DNA from: Takakia lepidozioides
Taxonomy: Eukaryota; Plantae; Bryophyta
DNA: 64,000 nt
Direction: 5' to 3'
NCBI GenBank assembly: GCA_030704615.1
Contig: CM060734.1
Coordinates: 56,854,001 to 56,918,000 of the forward strand
Of the stretch, positions 21,866-35,751 are shown piece after piece. The notes beneath the pieces are model-generated. The model did no database searches. It saw only the letters and a program-made list of their open reading frames with translations, and was not told where the DNA came from. A program made the position numbers and the translations under genes. Within the stretch, counting starts at the first letter, position 1. Every line of letters starts with the position of its first letter.

Positions 21866-24800
21866 TGACGAGCCCTGGTCGTGCACGGCCAGGGTGATGG
21901 CATACTAGCATATGGGGTCGTGGCAAGTTGCGGTGTAGGTTGGGCTCAACGAACCGCCTACCCAGCTGCGGTAAGTGCAGGGGTCCGTGGCAGCTATGGA
22001 TGGATCTAAACAGTCTAACTTCCTACTGGCAAAGCAAAGCTTAACAACTCCATTTCACAGGGCGATTTGCGTTTCCTAGTCCTACGTTTTGTTTATGGGT
22101 TTTCTACGTCTTTAATCGTAATTGCCTTCCAAGTCTTTGTTTATTACTACTTCCTACATGCCTGGACTCCCAACACGCTTATAGCCGGGACGAACCTTCA
22201 AATCCCTTCACAAAATGAATCCCGAGCCTAGGGAGACGGGGATCATCCATCTCCCGCCCAATGCCCCCCCCCCCCTAAATCCCGAGGTGGATTAGTTTCC
22301 TACCTCTTAGGAAGGGACCGGATCCGCTTTCCCAAGTCAGTTTCCCGTGCTTAGAGCGATCCAAGTTTCAACCTCAATGGTCAGTCCATCGGGTAAATGA
22401 TAACAATTCAAACCTCTATGTAATTCCCGAGATCTAATAAAACAATGGCCGTTCCTTGGCCCAAGGCCTCCCCAGCGGCCGGGTACTTCACTTCAAATAT
22501 CCTCGGCGGAAGGGGGCGACACCTTTCTTAGAACTTCCGTTTTTAAGTTAAGGGGGTCCAGATAAAACCCCTTATTAAAGGCGAATTGCCCTGCGGAATA
22601 ATAAAGAACAAATCATTAAAACCGTCTTACAAATGCATGAAATTTGTAGAAATAGAGAATCATCGTAGGATTCTGGAGCTAACTAAATTACCCTCAAGGT
22701 ACCAATGGAACGCCCTTTATGTCGGGAGCATTGGGGAACCGCTCTCCACTTGGGAGCGCCCCTAAATTCCTATACCAAACCAATCAATAACGCATTAGCA
22801 ACTTAAACAATCACCGGGCCGGGATGAATGAAATCTGCCGCCCATCAGTTTCTCATCTAATCGTCACCATGTTGTGTAAACAATGATTAAACATTCAGTG
22901 GGTCCCAGGGTCCATTCCCTGTGCCTCTTCCATCTACTTCCAATATAATCTAATTAATTTATGCAAGCAACCAGCCTAGAATGAAGTTGGAACATGTCAT
23001 CTTCTACTTTGTGAAACCCCTACCAGGAATTATCTCCTCCTTGTCTCTGGGCTCTCTCTCTCTCTCTGCCTCTGGCATCCACCTGTGAGCCGTGCTTTCA
23101 CAAGCCCCGAAATACATATCAAACTGATGGCCTCAATGGGGCCTATCCAATGGTTCCAACCATTTCTTATCATTTGCTAAAACACGCCTTCATTCCCATG
23201 CCACATGCAAGAAAAACACCATGAATAGTGCACAAAAAATCAAAGGCATAGGAGAAAACCCCCCTTAAAATACCCGTACCAAGGACCAACAGTCCCTGGC
23301 GGGGTCCGTCGTAATATCTAGCGGTTAAAACCGAGACCCTGCGGCCAGCGTTACGTGGCGCGGCGTGACTGGCCCGCCGCCGGTGCGGGTCCAATGGGTA
23401 ATAGCAAGCTCCGTCGTCTCTACCGCTCATGTCATACCTACGCGGGCCCAGCTATGGCGCCTGGTGCTGCCACGCAGTGTACCAGCAACCCGTACTTTGC
23501 TCAAGGGGTCAACTCCTCCCACGGGGGGAAGGCTGCACCACCCATGTTAGATGCGCCTTTCCATGGCGATTCTAGGCAACCTCCTTGGTTGACCTCCAGC
23601 CTAGAGGCGCCGACACTTTAGTGTTGGGCTCTGCCTTTTTTGGCAGCTCTCTACAAAATAGCTTGACCACTTATAAAGCTAGTTAGCACTGCCTCCCATG
23701 GTCCTCTATGGCCAGGGGGCTTATGAACATAGATATAAACTTAATAATATGGAAATTTTGGTGATAGCTTCGCCGTCTCATGCAATATGGCCGTTGCCAC
23801 TAAGCTAGAAAGGGAAATTTGACAAGAGCTTCGCCACTTCATGCAAGCTCGCCCTCTCCTTAAACATAATAATGGACATCTACCATCACTTCCATGACGT
23901 AATTGGGTTAGATTCCTAAGGCCCTGTCTCCTAGGGCTTCAAACCTGTGCTCTTCACACATGCACATAGAGATGCACACACATCCTCTTTGAAAGAGGGT
24001 TAGTTTTTATAGATTTCTAGCAAACAATGCTATAAGGTCTCTTTTTGGGACAAGCTTGAACAACAAATGAAACAAATGAATTCAAAGGTCAAGATAATAT
24101 GGTAAGTCACCTTCTGAAACAAATGGTTCTTGGGATGTACTAAATCGCTCGGTAGAATGGTACTCAAATCTGGTCCTCCTCCGGCACTCCTACTCGTCCT
24201 CAAGTCTCCCACTTCATGGAGCGCTTCCTCTACTTCTTGCCTCAAATGGCCAGAAGGCCTTGAGCTAGGACTATTCTGCTCTCACTATGCTTGCTTCTAC
24301 TACTAAAGAGCCACAAGCTCAACTCTCTAGGATCTAGCTCCCTCAAGCTCAAAACTAACTAGACAAACAAGAGGCCAAAACAAAGAAATGAGACTAGATG
24401 AAGAACAAGAGGAGCCTGCTCTTCTTTTGTTGTGTTTTTGGGGCCTCTTAAACTAGTGAAGGATAGTCTTAAACCATTATTTCCTACATGAATCTATAAT
24501 TTAAAAACAATAGAACACCATAAAATAATAATCATGGATGGAAAACCTTGGTGTTAATGATAAATCTGGTTTTTCATCCATCCAATGGATGACCAATTGG
24601 CGCTAGGTTGTCTTCTCATCCCTCCAGCTTGCAGGTCGAATTTCAAATTTTCATCCATTGGATGAACTAGAATTCCATTTAATCGCCTTTCGCAACTACC
24701 TCCGGCTTGATAATTTGATGCCATCTGTCATCACCTCCAAAAATCCCTAAACTTATTGAAAAATTATAATTAGATGCCCCGTAGCTGCCCGTAAAATCTC

Positions 24801-25427
24801 AAGGGAATCAGGGAAGAATAGCCACACCTTTGGTTGGTTTCCATGGTTTCGCCATATAGGCAGTCTACCGCTTCCTGGCAGTAAAAATACCGGTGGTGCC
24901 CCCAGGGGGTCTTTGGCCCTACCACTGGGTCACAGATCATCTGGAGTTTCCTCCTACACACTTTGCATTGCTGAGGAGTTCAAAACTTCGTCGGGAAGCT
25001 CCTTCACCCGTCATTTGCTCCGATGCAGCACTTGCTTTGTCGCGATATTTCATCGCTTTACAGATTGTTTCCTCCAATTGCCAAGACTCCTCGCTGCGTG
25101 CTCCTACTGGACTTGAAAGGCAGGAGAATAGAGAGATCGCAATCCGAGACTGGAATAGTCGTCATGTATTGTTTCGAACAGATGCATGTTGTCGTTACTG
25201 GTACCAAATTGGCAGCCTAACTCGCTGTCGATGCAGCTCCCTACGGTTATTTTGACTCCAGAGCTCCTCCATGGTTGTCTCAGACATAATCTAAATTCCT
25301 ACGTGCTTTACCAGCGATTCCCAAATAACTCGCAAACTACCCTGCTTTGGCAGTACAATGCCTAAACTGTCTGCCTTAAGATAAAAAACGATCTGAAAAG
25401 AAATTTGTACCAATATATGCATCTACA
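21866..25427 (+). mobile_element. Solo LTR, 3562 bp
   Basis: Begins TG (TGACGAG), ends CA (ATCTACA), flanked by a perfect 5-bp TSD GTGTC (21861-21865 and 25428-25432). First ~1.35 kb is homologous to 2936-4272. Confidence 0.88.
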
Positions 25428-25829
25428 GTGTCCCACACACAGTATAACTTTAATTGTCAAAAGCAAAACTTTGGTCTTATGCAGTCACTGTTTTGGTAGT
25501 GATTAACTAAGTCTTAAGGCCCTATATTGTTCAAAAGTAGAGAAATCCAGAATTCCCTGTGGAACGATACATACAAGAAACCTGCATGGGTAGATGGTCA
25601 ACTGGAAGCCGCAGCAGCAGCGGCACAATTGATAAAATCAGGCACTGCTAATTAAGGCACCTTCTTCAACACATTTCACCATGTTTTCCTCTCTTATCAG
25701 AATCGGCCCTAAATTTTCATGTTGAATTCTGCAAGTTAGCTATTGAGTGAATCTAATTTGGAGTAACATTGACATGAAACTGCCAATGTGACAAAGATAT
25801 GCATTGAACTCATTGGTAACGGGATATTG

Positions 25830-26832
25830 GGATAACTCTTGGCCATGTGCCATCCTCAAAGCTGAAATTGTACTAGTTGTCATTCTGAACACTGCCCTGG
25901 TGGACATGTATGCCAAATGTGGGTGCAGCAAGCCTGATGCGAAGGGAGAGTTCGACAACATGGCTAAATGAGATGTGGTGTTGTGGAGTGCCATGATTGC
26001 AAGGTATGTGTAGCATGGGTGTGGGATTAAGGCTTTGGAAACCTAAGAGCAAATGATGTGGGAAAGGATGAAGGCAGACCAGGTCATGTTCATCTGTGTT
26101 TGTAATATGCATATGCGAGCGTAGAAGCCCTAGGAAGGGGCCAAGAGGTTCATGGTGACATCATCAAAGCTGGAATTGTACCTGATGTCATTCTGAACAT
26201 TCCCCTGGTGTACATGTATGTCAAATGCGAGCATGGTAGCCCTGGAAAGGACGCAAAGGTCCATGGTGACATCGTCAAAGCTGGAATTGTACCTCTAGAT
26301 GTCTCTAAACACTGCCTTGGTGGATATATATGTCAAATGCAAGCCTGGCAGCCCTGAAAAAAGGTGCAGAGGTCCATGGTAATATTGTCAAAGCTGGTAT
26401 TATATCTGATGTGATTCTGAATGTTGTCGTAGTGGACATGTATGCCAAGTTTGGGTACAACTACAAAGATACAAATGACATGCAGTTTGATAATATGGCT
26501 GAATGAGATGTGGTATTAGCCTAGTCCATAATTGCACTTAACTACAGTAGGCAATGAGTGAAGACGGGGTTCGTGGTGACATCGTCCAAACTGGAATTGA
26601 ACTGATGTTGTTCTGAAATATGCCCTTGTGGTGAGGGCGTGCAAAGCAGGAGGTATTGTTCAGAATCACATCTTGTCCAATTCCACCTTTGGTGATGCAA
26701 CCATGTACCTCTTTGCATGTGCTTTCCAGGGCTGCCAGGCTTATACACGCACTGCAAATGCACACAAACATGATGTGGTCGAGCTTCACCCCTTCCCCCA
26801 TCATTTGTTTTCAGGTCTCCAAAGCCTCATTG
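25830..26832. pseudogene. PLS-class PPR gene relic (plus-strand repeats 25830-26530; inverted fragment ~26648-26832)
   Basis: VVILNTALVDMYAKCG, FDNMAK*DVVLWSAMIA, repeated EVHGDIIKAGIVPDVILN units. Many stops and frameshifts. Confidence 0.85.
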
Positions 26833-27174
26833 ATGAAGGTCAACGAAGGTAAACAAGAACATTTCAATCTGCCCAACGAACCTGCCCGAAAAAATAAATT
26901 TTAGAGTTTGAAATTGAATAAATGATCACATTCAAAAAAGCGAAAAGCACCTTATATAAGGACAGAAGAGCAACCTTCGTTTTACTTAGGTCCAACAAAT
27001 GTATATATTTTTCACCAGCATCATTGGACATTTCCGTACCATACGATAATCCAACCTAGAGATTAAAACGGCTAAAAAACATGCATAATTCTTACATTCG
27101 TGCATAATTCTTCCACGTTAGAAGTTCATATCTCATGTTAGTTTTTTTTTGTTTTTTTTTGTTTTTTTTTCCCC

Positions 27175-27368
27175 AACATCCATTTATTTCATTTTTACCT
27201 TTATGTTCTCCTGCTCAGCCTCCACCTTCGGCAGCCAAAGGTGCATGTCAGTACAATGTTGGTTTTATTTTATTTTTAGTTTTTTTAACATCCATTTATT
27301 TCGTTTTTACCTTTATGTTCTCCCGCTCAGCCTCTACCTTCGGCAGCCAAAGGTGGCATGTCAGTACA
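27175..27368. repeat. Local tandem duplication (~80 bp unit)
   Basis: AACATCCATTTATTTC...TTCGGCAGCCAAAGGTG..CATGTCAGTACAAT at 27175-27258 and 27287-27369. Confidence 0.75.
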
Positions 27369-27531
27369 ATCCCGTGTCATTTTTCATTATTGTTTCTCAC
27401 AAATCCAAGCATACAATTAAGGGCAGCTCGAGAAAAAATATTATATTGTCATGTGGCCGCCGTTTGCGCATCCATGTCACACGGATGGCTGATGACTGAT
27501 GGCTGATAGCTGATAGAATAGCAAACCCCTC

Positions 27532-28844
<1,313 letters not shown>

Positions 28845-29519
28845 GGTCAATCAATTCCCAACCCTTCTTTACCCATTACTATGCAGGCTGTTTTGTCCAC
28901 TAACTTCAAAACTTTACATTGTCAGTTCAACAGGCAATCTGAAGGCAAACACATCAGCCTTCTCATGGCTCAATGTCATGTCCATGAGTTAAGCTTTCCC
29001 TGCATTATAGATACAAGATGCACAATGTCACCATTCCTTTAAATATAGTAAGAGTGCTTAGCCTCAAACTCAGCCCTGCTTCTGGTCTAGACATGTTGAT
29101 TGCAGATGGATCCAATATGAGCCTCTTGGCCTGGTCACTGTTCCTATCAGAATTCACAAGAAAGAGGTGTTGTCATGCTGATCACTTGCATAGTTACTAT
29201 TGGGGATCAATTCTTGCTTGGCCTTGATTGGATGACTGGAGCTAGTGCAATTATCAACCTAGCAGACTACTCTCTTCGCTTTAAGAATGGTGAAGGACAT
29301 GAGATTGTAATTCCCCTGAAGACTGTGAAACTCAAAGCATGGGCTGCCACAACCAATCTTTCCAGAGTACAGGCCTTGGTACAAGAGGTAAAGCAGAATT
29401 CTTACTCCCACCTCTCTTGGACTGAATTTTATAATTTCCAGCCTGAACTCCAACTTTTGTATCAATGGCATGTTCATAGTGCTAGTGGCAGAACAAGAAT
29501 ACCCATAGCCATACCTAAA

Positions 29520-29790
29520 AATTCTACTCTGATTCATGCTCATGTTAATGTGACCATTCCTGCCATGACCCAAACAATGGTTAAAAGTGGCCTAGCCTTC
29601 TTATGTCCTGAAGCTCACTTTCTTGCAGTAGAAGGCTGGCAAAGGCTTACTGTTCTCAAGCATTGTCTGGTTGCTATTGGTGTCATAGACTGAGGCTATA
29701 GACAAGAAGTGAAGTTGCTGGTGGCTAATCCTAAACGTTGTTCTGTGACCATTAAGAAAGGCCAAGTCTTGGCTCGCCTCACAGCCCTAC
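29520..29790 (+). pseudogene. Degenerate dUTPase-like domain in pol
   Basis: TIPAMTQTMVKSGL...GVID*GYRQEVKLLVAN...IKKGQVLARL matches dUTPase motifs III (GVIDxDYRGE) and IV (KGDRIAQL). Motifs I and II are not recognisable. Confidence 0.7.
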
Positions 29791-31234
29791 CAATTACCGA
29801 ACTCAAGGAAATCCAAGCTAGCTTCGGATTTGAGGCCACTGGCATTCAACATGGCTCTATAGATGCTGTTGCTGCTTTTACTGCAATGGTTCCTCCTCCT
29901 CTTCCTGACCTCGACCCTGAAGGTAAGAGTGCCCTCACCAAAATTCTTTTTGAAATTAAGTTGGGCACATCTCTTCCCATCTCTTTCATCTGGTCAAAAG
30001 AAAAAGGTTGAAATGCTTGTGGCCAAGAACTTGGATGTCTTTAGTTTGGGTCCTATAGATCTGGGCATGACTTCTATACTTCAGCATGATATTACTACAG
30101 AAGGGCCTCTTGTTAAACAATTTGCCTATCGTGAAAGTGTCAAAGAGCATGCTACCGTTCAGGAAGAGGTTCAAAAGTCAATGTTGGATGCTGGTATAAT
30201 CAAGCCATCAGTTTTCGCATGGGCCAGTCCCATCGTCCTGGTTGGTAAGTAAGACGGTTCAACCCGCTTTAGTGTTGACTTCCGAAAATTGAATGAGGTT
30301 ACCAAAAATGATTCCTATCCATTGCCTAGGATTAATGAAACCTTGGATCAGCTGCATCAGGAAGCCTCTATTTTTTATCCCTTGATCTTGCATCTGGTTT
30401 TGGCAAGCTCCTCTAACTGATGCAGCCAAAGAAAAAACCTCTTTTGTATGTAGGATGTGCAAATACCAATACGAAACCATGCCCTTTGGACTTTGCAATG
30501 CCACATCTACCTTCCAACGCCTTATGGACATCGTTTTGGGTAATCTTCATTGGGAATGTGCCCTGATTTACATCGATGATATTAATGTATACTTATCCAG
30601 CTTTGATGCCCATCTGATTGACTTGTAGCGTGTGTTCAACAAGCTGCGCACTGTAGGCCTGAAAGTGAAACCAAAGAAGTGTGAGCTGTTCATGTCTGAA
30701 TTACACTTTCTTAGTCATGTCCTGTCTAAAGATGGTTTGCTTCTTGATCCTTCCAAACTTGAGGCTGTATGGGGATTTCCCATTCCTAGGGATAACATTG
30801 CATCAAATCCTTTCTAGGTCTGGCTTGATATTATAAAAGGTTCATCAAGGATTTTACTAAACTTGCTCATTTTCTAACTAAGCTGCTGTTGAAGGATGCC
30901 AGGTTTGAATGGACCTTTCCCCAACATGTTGTCTTTGATAGGTTGTGCCAGGCTTTGTGTTCTGCCCCTATTCTCATGTCGAGGATGCTAGATCGTGAGC
31001 GGTGAACCTGTGCTCACGTGAGCGGTGTTGCCCCAGGATTATTTTGCAAAAACATATTGTACGTAATTCCACGGATGACATCCATAACCGCAGACATGAT
31101 GTCCCTATAGGCATGCTAGTGACAAGATTATATGAAGAGCACAGTTGTCAGCTGATTGCTGCGATATTGACAATAGGCCCTAATACAGATTAGTAATAAA
31201 AGGGAAGATGATAACATGGATGGGTAATTATGGG

Positions 31235-32400
31235 TTCTTTAGCGTTTCTTTAGGGTTTCTAGGGTTTTTTTCCCCGCAGATGCCACTGAATACTTTTCTT
31301 GTTTTTTCGGAATTTTAGGGTTTTCTTAGGGGGTTTTAGGAGGTTTTATTTCCCTACAGATGCCATTGAAAGTGGTGTGTGGTGTGCCACACACCACTTT
31401 CAGGGGATTTCTTTTTGGGGAATTCTAAGGGTTTTTTAGGTTTGTTTTAGGGTTTTAGGGTTTTTTTAGGGTTTTTCTTAAAGTGTGCGGTGCCACTATA
31501 AGAGGTGTGCGATACCGCAAATCGTGTGCGGTGTCGCAGACCCATTTCCAGGGTTTTTTTTTAAAATTTTTTAATCCATTTCGAGGGGTTTTTGTTTCTT
31601 TTTTTGGGGTTTATTATTTTTTAAGGATTTTTAGGGTTTAGGGTTTAGGATTTAGAGTTTTTTGTTAGTGTGCGGTGCCACAGAAAGAGGTGTGCGGTGC
31701 TGCACACCCAATTTCAGGGGTTTTGTTTTCTTTTTTTTGTGGTTTTTTACGTTTTTTAAGGATTTTTAGGGCATTTAGGGTTTTGCGTTTTATCTTAGTG
31801 TGCGGTGTCGCACACCCCTTATCAAGGGTTTTTTTTTTGTTTTTTTTTGTGTTTTTAGGGTTTATTTAGGGTTTAGGGTTTAGGTTTTCTTGTTAGTGTG
31901 CGGTGCCGCATACTAACAAGTTTAGGGTTTAGTGTCTAGCCCTAGGGTGCCACTGAAAGAGGTGTGCGGTGATCCACACCCCTTTTCAAGGGTTTTTTTG
32001 TTTTTCTTATTTTTGGGAATTTTTATGTTTTTTAAGTGTTTTGGGTTTTGGATTTTTTGTTAATGTGCACATCCCTTTTTGGTGTGGTTTTTTCTATGTT
32101 TTTTGGTCAAATATTTTTAGTGGGGTTTTTTTTTTTTTTTTTTTCCTGCAGATGCTATTGAAAGTGGTATGCGGTACCACACATCACTTTCAGGGTTATT
32201 GTTTTTTTGGTTTTTTAGGGTTTTAGCCCTAGAAAGTGGCGTGTGGTGTCGCACACCACTTGAGGATTTTTTTTTACGGTTTATTTTGGGGTTGTTTGCC
32301 TGCAGATGTCACTTAAATTGGTGTGTAGTGCCGCACACCATTTTCAAGGTATATATATTTTTGTTTTTTTTGGGGCAATTGCCACTCAAAATGGTGTCAT
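31235..32400. repeat. T-rich insertion with telomere-like TTTAGGG runs and repeated GTGTGCGGTGCCGCACAC units
   Basis: More than ten variants of GTGTGCGGTG(C/T)C(G/A)CACACC separated by T-rich and TTTAGGG tracts; recurrent CAGATGCCA(C/T)TGAAA. Confidence 0.8.
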
Positions 32401-35400
32401 CTTGTTTGCAATATGCAACATAGGTCAGTAATTGACTGTCCTACCTATTCATTGAAGCCATGGGCTCTTCTTTCATAATGGGATCTAATTTTATGATACT
32501 GTAAATGTCGATTCCCACGGTTATAGGTCCACCGGGAATAGGTACTATTTCTTCCACCGCCCGTCATTGCATGACAGCAAATTTGTGGTGGCGACTGATT
32601 ATCTTCCTCTAAAGCTCTTATTTAGCCTCAGGAGCTTCATGGCAGACTTGCTAGATGGGCCATGTCTTTACAAGAGTTTGATATGGATATAGTCTATAAG
32701 AAAGACAAGGAAAATACCAATGCTGATGCATTAACACGTGTTGATCCTCCTGTCAGCAGGCCTATTCTCACATTGGATAACCTTGCTGCTGCTGATGAAG
32801 TTCGCCCACCTGCCTTTTAGATGATCCTGATTGAATTATTTCCATGCTAGTATGTGTGGTGGATCTATTGTTTAAAAGTGAATTAGGATAGATTGGTGGA
32901 AATTCCTTGTCATGTTCCAGATCTGCTCTTTTCTAGGCTCCTGGGTTTGTTGTATTTCAGCTGCTGCACTCCGAAGTGACTTTTGTCTTGAGCCTCAAGG
33001 CCTGATTTAGCTGTCCATGAGTAGCTCAAATGAAGTGAAGGAATCCCTGGCTGGAGATCATAGGTGTAGACACTCCAGATCCACATTCTTTAAAACCCAT
33101 TGTCTACTTCTTATGTGCAGTGCAGTCATGGATAATCAGCTACATGCTGCGCTACTTCAGCGATGCCAATCAGGGCGTTCGCGGCCAACACGCCTTCCTG
33201 AGTCATTTGCGTAAACAAATTCTTTATCACGTGTCTCCTCACCGTTTCATGGGTAATGAGCTTTTCAAGGAGCTCTAGAAAGGGAGTTCCATGCTACTTG
33301 GAGGTGCCACCACGGATTATTGGAGCGTTTCTATTGTTCATTGTATGCAGGTCACCTTGGTATCAAGAAGACCATGGCCTGCATCCAAGAGGTTTACTAT
33401 TGGCTGAGAATTCATCGGGATGTCACGTAGTTCAATTCTAAGTGTGAAGGTTGTCGTGCTAACATTGCTCTCCTTATGAGTTGTAGCCTTTGCCTATTAC
33501 CCATGCATTTGCTCGTGCCGACATTGACTTGGTAGGACCCCTTGCACTCACATCAAAAGATCGAAGCTATCTTTGCGTAGCTACGGATTACTTGATTAAG
33601 TGGATAGAAGTCCGGCCTTTGCGTACCAAGGATAGTGATGCCATAGCTCAGTTCTTCTTTAATGAGATCCTTATGAGGCATGGGTGCCCTCCGGAGATAC
33701 TAATGGATCAGGGCAAGGAGTTTGTGAATCAGCTCCTTACGGTGATATGCTTCAATTTTGGTGTTAAGCATTCTACCACAACCCCTTACCATCCCTAGAA
33801 CAATGGCCTTACGGAGCGTTTCAACCAAACTCTGTGCTGATTGTTGAAGAATAATGATGCGCTTACCAGGGAGTGGGATACATTTTTTCCCCCTATTCTC
33901 TTTGCTTATTGCACTGCCTGTCATGCTAGCACTAAGAAAACTCATTTTGAATTGTTGTATGGTCGAAAGTGTGTTTTTCTTTACATTCTACCCCTCTTAT
34001 CTCCACTGTTGCTGAGCCAATTGATCTTGATACCTTTCTTGAGGATCTTCATGCTAGGCATGTTATTTCCATCCATGATGCCAAGGTCAAAATTGGTAAG
34101 GCTCAAGTGACCCAAGCCCGGATTTTAACAAATGTGTCAAGTATTCTAACATGTTTTAGGTGGGACAGACCGTAAACCTTCGGTTGCAGCATGGTAAGCA
34201 TGCATGCAAATCTAAGCTCAAGATTGACGGTCCATACTTGATTTACCAGATTTTACGTGGGCGACGTGCTCTCCTTATTCCGCAGGGGCATAATGTCAAG
34301 GACTCATGGACTTGGTGCATTCGGAGTTGGTTTTTGATCTTACGTGCATCAACGTGGAAGGTCGCATGGTGGGGTAATCTTTGGTAGCTTAGTCTTAGCT
34401 GGCGGATTTGTGACTTTTTGTAGCCTTAATAGACTTACGACATTGGCCTTCTAGGACTCAAAACATTTTTAGCCTTATAATATATCACCACCTGTCCTCC
34501 CTGCACGGTTTTCCTAGCCAAGGATTTTGTCACACATCTCACTTCAGCAAACTCCCCTTCAAGTCATAGTTACTCGCTTTGATGCGCGCGGCTAACTCCC
34601 AAACTGGCCGCCCGGGCCAATTCGGAGCTTTGGCTGCTCACCAGGGCATAACGGTCCCCCTCATACTCTTACTCAACCCTCAACTTGTTGAGCTTAGTGG
34701 AAATTCCCTTTGGTAAATGACAGTCCGGAACAGCTCCCCACACCTTGGTTGCTTTCTGGCTCGCACACTTACTCACTAGCTTTTGGTCACCAACGGGCTT
34801 ATACCGTTCTCGGGGTTACTACTCCCTGTATATACTTTTGTGACTGTCCGCGGGGGATCCACAAGTAGCCAAGTCCAAATCTGGTGAATCACCACCTAGA
34901 CCCTCGACTCTCCCTGTGATGAGCCATAGTAAGTCTTGGCCCACTCACCACGACCCCAATGGACTGTGGTGAGTCCCAAGACTCCCCACGACTCCCACCA
35001 CAAGGCCTCAGCCCCATGGTGAGTCCTATACCACCCCCACTAAGACCCACTAAGCTACCACCACCCCTCGTGGAGCCACCACCACCGCATCTCGGTTTGT
35101 GGGGCTCCACCTCTTTAAGTGCCTTCGGCACTCAAAGATGCTTCAGCCCCTTTTCATATTTGATGCCACTGCCCCCATCACAGGGGCAGCCCCGTTAGTG
35201 TCCCGACCCCCGCCCTCAAGGGAAAGGGTCACGACACACACCCCCACCAATAGGGAGTCGATGTCCTCATCGACTTGTCGTTTTTGTGGAAACTAACATC
35301 CAAGTTGTGGCGTCCCACATCAAGGAATTTGTTTTCGTGGCATGGCGTCCCATGGCAAAGAACCAAACCCCAACTTGACTCTCACTCCCCACTAGCTAGT

Positions 35401-35751
35401 TCGGCCGACTTCATGAGATAAGTCTCGACCAAGGATGAAGCTTCTCAAGCTCCACACAGTGCACTCGTCTTGGCCCACTCCAAGGCCAAGGAATAATCAT
35501 CCTCGAGGATCAAATCGCCTTACTGCAACAACATTGCTTGCGACCGCTCATGATGCTGCTTTTCGGCATCACCTTGAGCAAGGGTTCACCTTGAACCCTT
35601 TTGACTAGGAAGATAACCTTGAACCAACCGTGCGCCCCAATCACTACAATTGGGTCCGCTTTGGAATGCTGGCCTGAGATACGGGAACACGATGAAGCCG
35701 CACTACGACTTCGTCCTGAGGCTGCACAATTATAGTACGTGAACGGAAGCA

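Larger units (their letters stand above)
28845..34430 (+). mobile_element. Decayed Ty3/Gypsy pol (protease - dUTPase-like - RT // RNase H end - integrase), interrupted at ~30977-32590
   Basis: CIIDT(R)[84 protein letters not shown]. Confidence 0.9.

Noticed and set aside
2936-25427. One 22 kb full-length LTR element bounded by the two homologous LTRs
   Set aside because: The right LTR has its own TSD on both sides (solo LTR). The left one is preceded by a PPT, so it is a 3' LTR of a separate insertion.
34889-35296. Proline-rich ORFs as an extensin-like gene
   Set aside because: Short, overlapping and located in the 3' non-pol region of a decayed retroelement.
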